The notes beneath the pieces were generated by a model that saw only the letters and a program-made list of their open reading frames with translations, was not told where the DNA came from and did no database searches. From Utricularia gibba (Eukaryota; Plantae; Magnoliophyta): a stretch of 14,187 nucleotides of DNA. The DNA lies in assembly GCA_002189035.1 (NCBI GenBank), contig NEEC01000451.1:1-14187 (forward strand), read 5' to 3'. Positions 8,801 to 14,187 of this stretch are shown here, piece by piece. Position 1 is the first letter of the stretch; each line of letters starts with the position of its first letter. The translations under genes were made by a program, and so were the position numbers.

Positions 8801-11800
8801 GAGACTGGCCGCCACAAAACGAGAAGCTGTTCCTTGAAAAACCATGTAGGCAGCCCCCGAAAACTGAACGTTAATAAATACATCACTTTATTTGCCGAGC
8901 TACAACTAACTCTCGGCGCAAGCCAAACCTGACCTTTGTCCCGTTCTAGGTGCACCCCAAGACCGCCTCCTCAAGTATAAAGTAAGTTGTTGAAAAAATC
9001 ATGTGGGGTGCACGTGATATCGTAATTTAAACAAAGGCATCATTTTTTTTAATCGATTTGCATCCGGTTGACCTCATGAGCCATACAGAATCGGGGTCAA
9101 GGACCAAGTTCCCAGCGAGACTGGCCGCCACAAAACGAGAAGCTGTTCCTTGAAAAACCATGTAGGCAGCCCCCGAAAACTGAACGTTAATAATACATCA
9201 CTTTATTTGCCGAGCTACAACTAACTCTCGGCAAGCCAAACCTGACCTTTGTCCCGTTCTAGGTGCACCCCAAGACCGCCTCCTCAAGTATAAAGTAAGT
9301 TGTTGAAAAAATCATGTGGGGTGCACGTGATATCGTAATTTATACAAAGGCATCATTTTCTTTAATCGATTTCCATCCGGTTGACCTCATGAGCCATACA
9401 GAATCGGGGTCAAGGACCAAGTTCCCAGCGAGACTGGCCGCCACAAAACGAGAAGCTGTTCCTTGAAAAACATGTAGGCAGCCCCCGAAAACTGAACGTT
9501 AATAAATACATCACTTTATTTGCCGAGCTACAACTAACTCTCGGCGCAAGCCAAACCAGACCTTTGTCCCGTTCTAGGTGCACCCCAAGACCGCCTCCTC
9601 AAGTATAAAGTAAGTTGTTGAAAAAATCATGTGGGGTGCACGTGATATCGTAATTTAAAAAGGCATCATTTTCTTTAATCGATTTCCATCCGGTTGACCT
9701 CATGAGCCATACAGAATCGGGGTCAAGGACCAAGTTCCCAGCGAGACTGGCCGCCACAAAACGAGAAGCTGTTCCTTGAAAAACCATGTAGGCAGCCCCC
9801 GAAAACTGAACGTTAATAAATACATCACTTTATTTGCCGAGCTACAACTAACTCTCGGCGCAAGCCAAACCAGACCTTTGTCCCGTTCTAGGTGCACCCC
9901 AAGACCGCCTCCTCAAGTATAAAGTAAGTTGTTGAAAAATCATGTGGGGTGCACGTGATATCGTAATTTAACAAAGGCATCATTTTCTTTAATCGATTTC
10001 CATCCGGTTGACCTCATGAGCCATACAGAATCGGGGTCAAGGACCAAGTTCCCAGCGAGACTGGCCGCCACAAAACGAGAAGCTGTTCCTTGAAAAACCA
10101 TGTAGGCAGCCCCCGAAAACTGAACGTTAATAAATACATCACTTTATTTGCCGAGCTACAACTAACTCTCGGCGCAAGCCAAACCAGACCTTTGTCCCGT
10201 TCTAGGTGCACCCCAAGACCGCCTCCTCAAGTATAAAGTAAGTTGTTGAAAAAATCATGTGGGGTGCACGTGATATCGTAATTTAACAAAGGCATCATTT
10301 TCTTTAATCGATTTCCATCCGGTTGACCTCATGAGCCATACAGAATCGGGGTCAAGGACCAAGTTCCCAGCGAGACTGGCCGCCACAAAACGAGAAGCTG
10401 TTCCTTGAAAAACATGTAGGCAGCCCCCCGAAAACTGAACGTTAATAAATACATCACTTTATTTGCGAGCTACAACTAACTCTCGGCGCAAGCCAAACCA
10501 GACTTTTGTCCCGTTCTAGGTGCACCCCAAGACCGCCTCCTCAAGTATAAAGTAAGTTGTTGAAAAAATCATGTGGGGTGCACGTGATATCGTAATTTAA
10601 AAAAAGGCATCATTTTTTTTAATCGATTTCCATCCGGTTGACCTCATGAGCCATACAGAATCGGGGTCAAGGACCAAGTTCCCAGCGAGACTGGCCGCCA
10701 CAAAACGAGAAGCTGTTCCTTGAAAAACCATGTAGGCAGCCCCCGAAAACTGAACGTTAATAAATACATCACTTTATTTGCCGAGCTACAACTAACTCTC
10801 GGCGCAAGCCAAACCTGACCTTTGTCCCGTTCTAGGTGCACCCCAAGACCGCCTCCTCAAGTATAAAGTAAGTTGTTGAAAAAATCATGTGGGGTGCACG
10901 TGATATCGTAATTTAACAAAGGCATCATTTTTTAATCGATTTCCATCCGGTTGACCTCATGAGCCATACAGAATCGGGGTCAAGGACCAAGTTCCCAGCG
11001 AGACTGGCCGCCACAAAACGAGAAGCTGTTCCTTGAAAAACCATGTAGGCAGCCCCGAAAACTGAACGTTAATAAAATACATCACTTTATTTGCCGAGCT
11101 ACAACTAACTCTCGGCGCAAGCCAAACCTGACCTTTGTCCCGTTCTAGGTGCACCCCAAGACCGCCTCCTCAAGTATAAAGTAAGTTGTTGAAAAAATCA
11201 TGTGGGGTGCACGTGATATCGTAATTTAAAAAGGCATCATTTTTTTAATCGATTTCCATCCGGTTGACCTCATGAGCCATACAGAATCGGGGTCAAGGAC
11301 CAAGTTCCCAGCGAGACTGGCCGCCACAAAACGAGAAGCTGTTCCTTGAAAAACCATGTAGGCAGCCCCCGAAAACTGAACGTTAATAAATACATCACTT
11401 TATTTGCCGAGCTACAACTAACTCTCGGCGCAAGCCAAACCAGACCTTTGTCCCGTTCTAGGTGCACCCCAAGACCGCCTCCTCAAGTATAAAGTAAGTT
11501 GTTGAAAAAAATCATGTGGGGTGCACGTGATATCGTAATTTAAACAAAGGCATCATTTTTTTAATCGATTTGCATCCGGTTGACCTCATGAGCCATACAG
11601 AATCGGGGTCAAGGACCAAGTTCCCAGCGAGACTGGCCGCCACAAAACGAGAAGCTGTTCCTTGAAAAACCATGTAGGCAGCCCCCGAAAACTGAACGTT
11701 AATAAATACATCACTTTATTTGCCGAGCTACAACTAACTCTCGGCGCAAGCCAAACCTGACCTTTGTCCCGTTCTAGGTGCACCCCAAGACCGCCTCCTC

Positions 11801-13662
11801 AAGTATAAAGTAAGTTGTTGAAAAAATCATGTGGGGTGCACGTGATATCGTAATTTAACAAAGGCATCATTTTCTTTAATCGATTTGCATCCGGTTGACC
11901 TCATGAGCCATACAGAATCGGGGTCAAGGACCAAGTTCCCAGCGAGACTGGCCGCCACAAAACGAGAAGCTGTTCCTTGAAAAACCATGTAGGCAGCCCC
12001 CGAAAACTGAACGTTAATAAATACATCACTTTATTTGCGAGCTACAACTAACTCTCGGCGCAAGCCAAACCTGACCTTTGTCCCGTTCTAGGTGCACCCC
12101 AAGACCGCCTCCTCAAGTATAAAGTAAGTTGTTGAAAAAATCATGTGGGGTGCACGTGATATCGTAATTTAAACAAAGGCATCATTTTTTTAATCGATTT
12201 GCATCCGGTTGACCTCATGAGCCATACAGAATCGGGGTCAAGGACCAAGTTCCCAGCGAGACTGGCCGCCACAAAACGAGAAGCTGTTCCTTGAAAAACC
12301 ATGTAGGCAGCCCCCGAAAACTGAACGTTAATAAATACATCACTTTATTTGCCGAGCTACAACTAACTCTCGGCGCAAGCCAAACCAGACCTTTGTCCCG
12401 TTCTAGGTGCACCCCAAGACCGCCTCCTCAAGTATAAAGTAAGTTGTTGAAAAAATCATGTGGGTGCACGTGATATCGTAATTTAAAAAAGGCATCATTT
12501 TCTTTAATCGATTTCCATCCGGTTGACCTCATGAGCCATACAGAATCGGGGTCAAGGACCAAGTTCCCAGCGAGACTGGCCGCCACAAAACGAGAAGCTG
12601 TTCCTTGAAAAACCATGTAGGCAGCCCCCGAAAACTGAACGTTAATAAATACATCACTTTATTTGCCGAGCTACAACTAACTCTCGGCGCAAGCCAAACC
12701 TACCTTTGTCCCGTTCTAGGTGCACCCCAAGACCGCCTCCTCAAGTATAAAGTAAGTTGTTGAAAAAATCATGTGGGGTGCACGTGATATCGTAATTTAA
12801 CAAAGGCATCATTTTCTTTAATCGATTTCCATCCGGTTGACCTCATGAGCCATACAGAATCGGGGTCAAGGACCAAGTTCCCAGCGAGACTGGCCGCCAC
12901 AAAACGAGAAGCTGTTCCTTGAAAAACCATGTAGGCAGCCCCCGAAAACTGAACGTTAATAAATACATCACTTTATTTTCGAGCTACAACTAACTCTCGG
13001 CGCAAGCCAAACCAGACTTTTGTCCCGTTCTAGGTGCACCCCAAGACCGCCTCCTCAAGTATAAAGTAAGTTGTTGAAAAAATCATGTGGGGGTGCACGT
13101 GATATCGTAATTTAAACAAGGCATCATTTTTTTAATCGATTTGCATCCGGTTGACCTCATGAGCCATACAGAATCGGGGTCAAGGACCAAGTTCCCAGCG
13201 AGACTGGCCGCCACAAAACGAGAAGCTGTTCCTTGAAAAACCATGTAGGCAGCCCCCGAAAACTGAACGTTAATAAATACATCACTTTATTTGCCGAGCT
13301 ACAACTAACTCTCGGCGCAAGCCAAACCTGACCTTTGTCCCGTTCTAGGTGCACCCCAAGACCGCCTCCTCAAGTATAAAGTAAGTTGTTGAAAAAATCA
13401 TGTGGGTGCACGTGATATCGTAATTTAAACAAGGCATCATTTTTTTAATCGATTTCCATCCGGTTGACCTCATGAGCCATACAGAATCGGGGTCAAGGAC
13501 CAAGTTCCCAGCGAGACTGGCCGCCACAAAACGAGAAGCTGTTCCTTGAAAAACCATGTAGGCAGCCCCCGAAAACTGAACGTTAATAAATACATCACTT
13601 TATTTGCCGAGCTACAACTAACTCTCGGCGCAAGCCAAACCTGACCTTTGTCCCGTTCTAGG
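5810..13662. repeat. Highly homogenised domain, 25 monomers (M20-M44) of 312-316 bp
   Basis: Diagnostic alleles ATACAGAAT, GAGCT, type-X end and TTCTAG are fixed. The differences are mostly 1-bp homopolymer indels plus a few recurring dimorphic sites. Confidence 0.95.
8045..8359. repeat. Example of the internal dimer structure: subunit A 8045-8203 (159 bp) plus subunit B 8204-8359 (156 bp)
   Basis: TTGAAAAAATCATGTGGGGTGC..AAACAAAGGCATCATTTT aligns with TTGAAAAACCATGTAGGCAGC..AATAAATACATCACTTT. AGACTGGCCGCCACAA aligns with AGACCGCCTCC(T/A)CAA. Confidence 0.85.
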
Positions 13663-14187
13663 TGCACCCCAAGACCGCCTCCTCAAGTATAAAGTAAGTT
13701 GTTGAAAAAATCATGTGGGGTGCACGTGATATCGTAATTTAAACAAAGGCATCATTTTTTTATCATTTGCATCCGGTTGACCTCATGAGCAATACATAAT
13801 CGGGGTCAAGGACCAAGTTCCCAGCGAGACTGGCCGCCACAAAATGAGAAGCTGTTCCTTGAAAAACCATGTAGGCAGCCCCCGAAAACTGAACGTTAAT
13901 AAATACATCACTTTATTTGCGAGCTACAACTAACTCTCGGCGCAAGCCAAACCTGACTTTTGTCCCGTTCTAGGTGCACCCCAAGACCGCCTCCTCAAGT
14001 ATAAAGTAAGTTGTTGAAAAAATCATGTGGGGTGCACGTGATATCGTAATTTAAAAAGGCATCATTTTTTTAATCGATTTGCATCCGGTTGACCTCATGA
14101 GCAATACATAATCGGGGTCAAGGACCAAGTTCCCAGCGAGACTGGCCGCCACAAAATGAGAAGCTGTTCCTTGAAAAACCATGTAGG
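13663..14187. repeat. Terminal monomers M45 and partial M46, in which older alleles reappear
   Basis: GAGCAATACATAAT (A at 13791 and 14103) and AAAATGAG (T at 13845 and 14157) match M3 and differ from all of M20-M44. Confidence 0.85.

Larger units (their letters stand above)
1..14187. repeat. Tandem satellite DNA array, ~315-bp monomer, 45 complete monomers (M1-M45) plus one partial (M46), all in the same orientation
   Basis: The anchor AAGAC(C) recurs at 9, 314, 625, 939, 1253, 1566, 1882, 2190, 2503, 2816, 3132, 3443, 3757, 4069, 4377, 4689, 4991, 5188, 5504, 5818 ... 13358, 13671, 13983. That is 46 anchors spaced 302-316 bp apart, except for one 197-bp interval. There is no unique sequence between units. 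Confidence 0.98.

Noticed and set aside
739-13667. Recurring 62-111 aa ORFs, especially the 65-aa minus-strand MHLERDKGQVW... peptide
   Set aside because: These are translations of the same repeat. The 65-aa frame starts at a GTG within GTGCAC and is broken by frameshifts in many copies. It resembles no domain I recognise, and its recurrence simply reflects DNA identity.
1-14187. CRISPR array or bacterial repeat system
   Set aside because: There are no unique spacers between short repeats. The entire 315 bp is repeated, and no cas or other genes are present.
1-14187. Tandem RNA gene cluster (5S rDNA, spliced-leader RNA, tRNA or snRNA)
   Set aside because: The unit size is compatible, but I see no 5S coding sequence, known SL exon or tRNA cloverleaf on either strand. 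No sub-region is conserved against a variable spacer. An Infernal/Rfam scan would settle it.
14180-14187. The window end (..TAGG) joined to the window start (TGCAC..) would recreate TAGGTGCAC, hinting at a circle (eccDNA). The start also equals an ApaLI cut end.
   Set aside because: Only 4 bp of microhomology is involved, and the window limits may be arbitrary. GTGCAC occurs up to twice per monomer, so this is not a complete-digest fragment. It would need reads spanning the end-to-start junction.

Overview
The whole window is one head-to-tail tandem array of a ~315-bp satellite-type repeat. Using the anchor AAGAC(C) I count 45 complete monomers plus a final partial one; one monomer is internally deleted to ~197 bp. 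I find no credible protein-coding gene, RNA gene, transposon or CRISPR array, and the ORF track is only the repeat translated repeatedly. The array has internal structure. (1) Each monomer is an ancient dimer of 159-bp and 156-bp subunits. (2) The left domain (1-5179) is a mosaic of variant classes with duplicated multi-monomer blocks and chimeric monomers, and is most divergent at 3749-5179. (3) A ~111-bp deletion near 5117 coincides with an abrupt switch to a highly homogenised class (5810-13662), flanked on both sides by monomers carrying older alleles. (4) The homogenised class carries three short inverted repeats that the divergent class lacks. Many variants are CpG transitions, suggesting a methylated eukaryotic satellite. 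The species and named family cannot be determined without a database search. Frequent 1-bp homopolymer indels suggest long-read error, so single-copy differences need confirmation.
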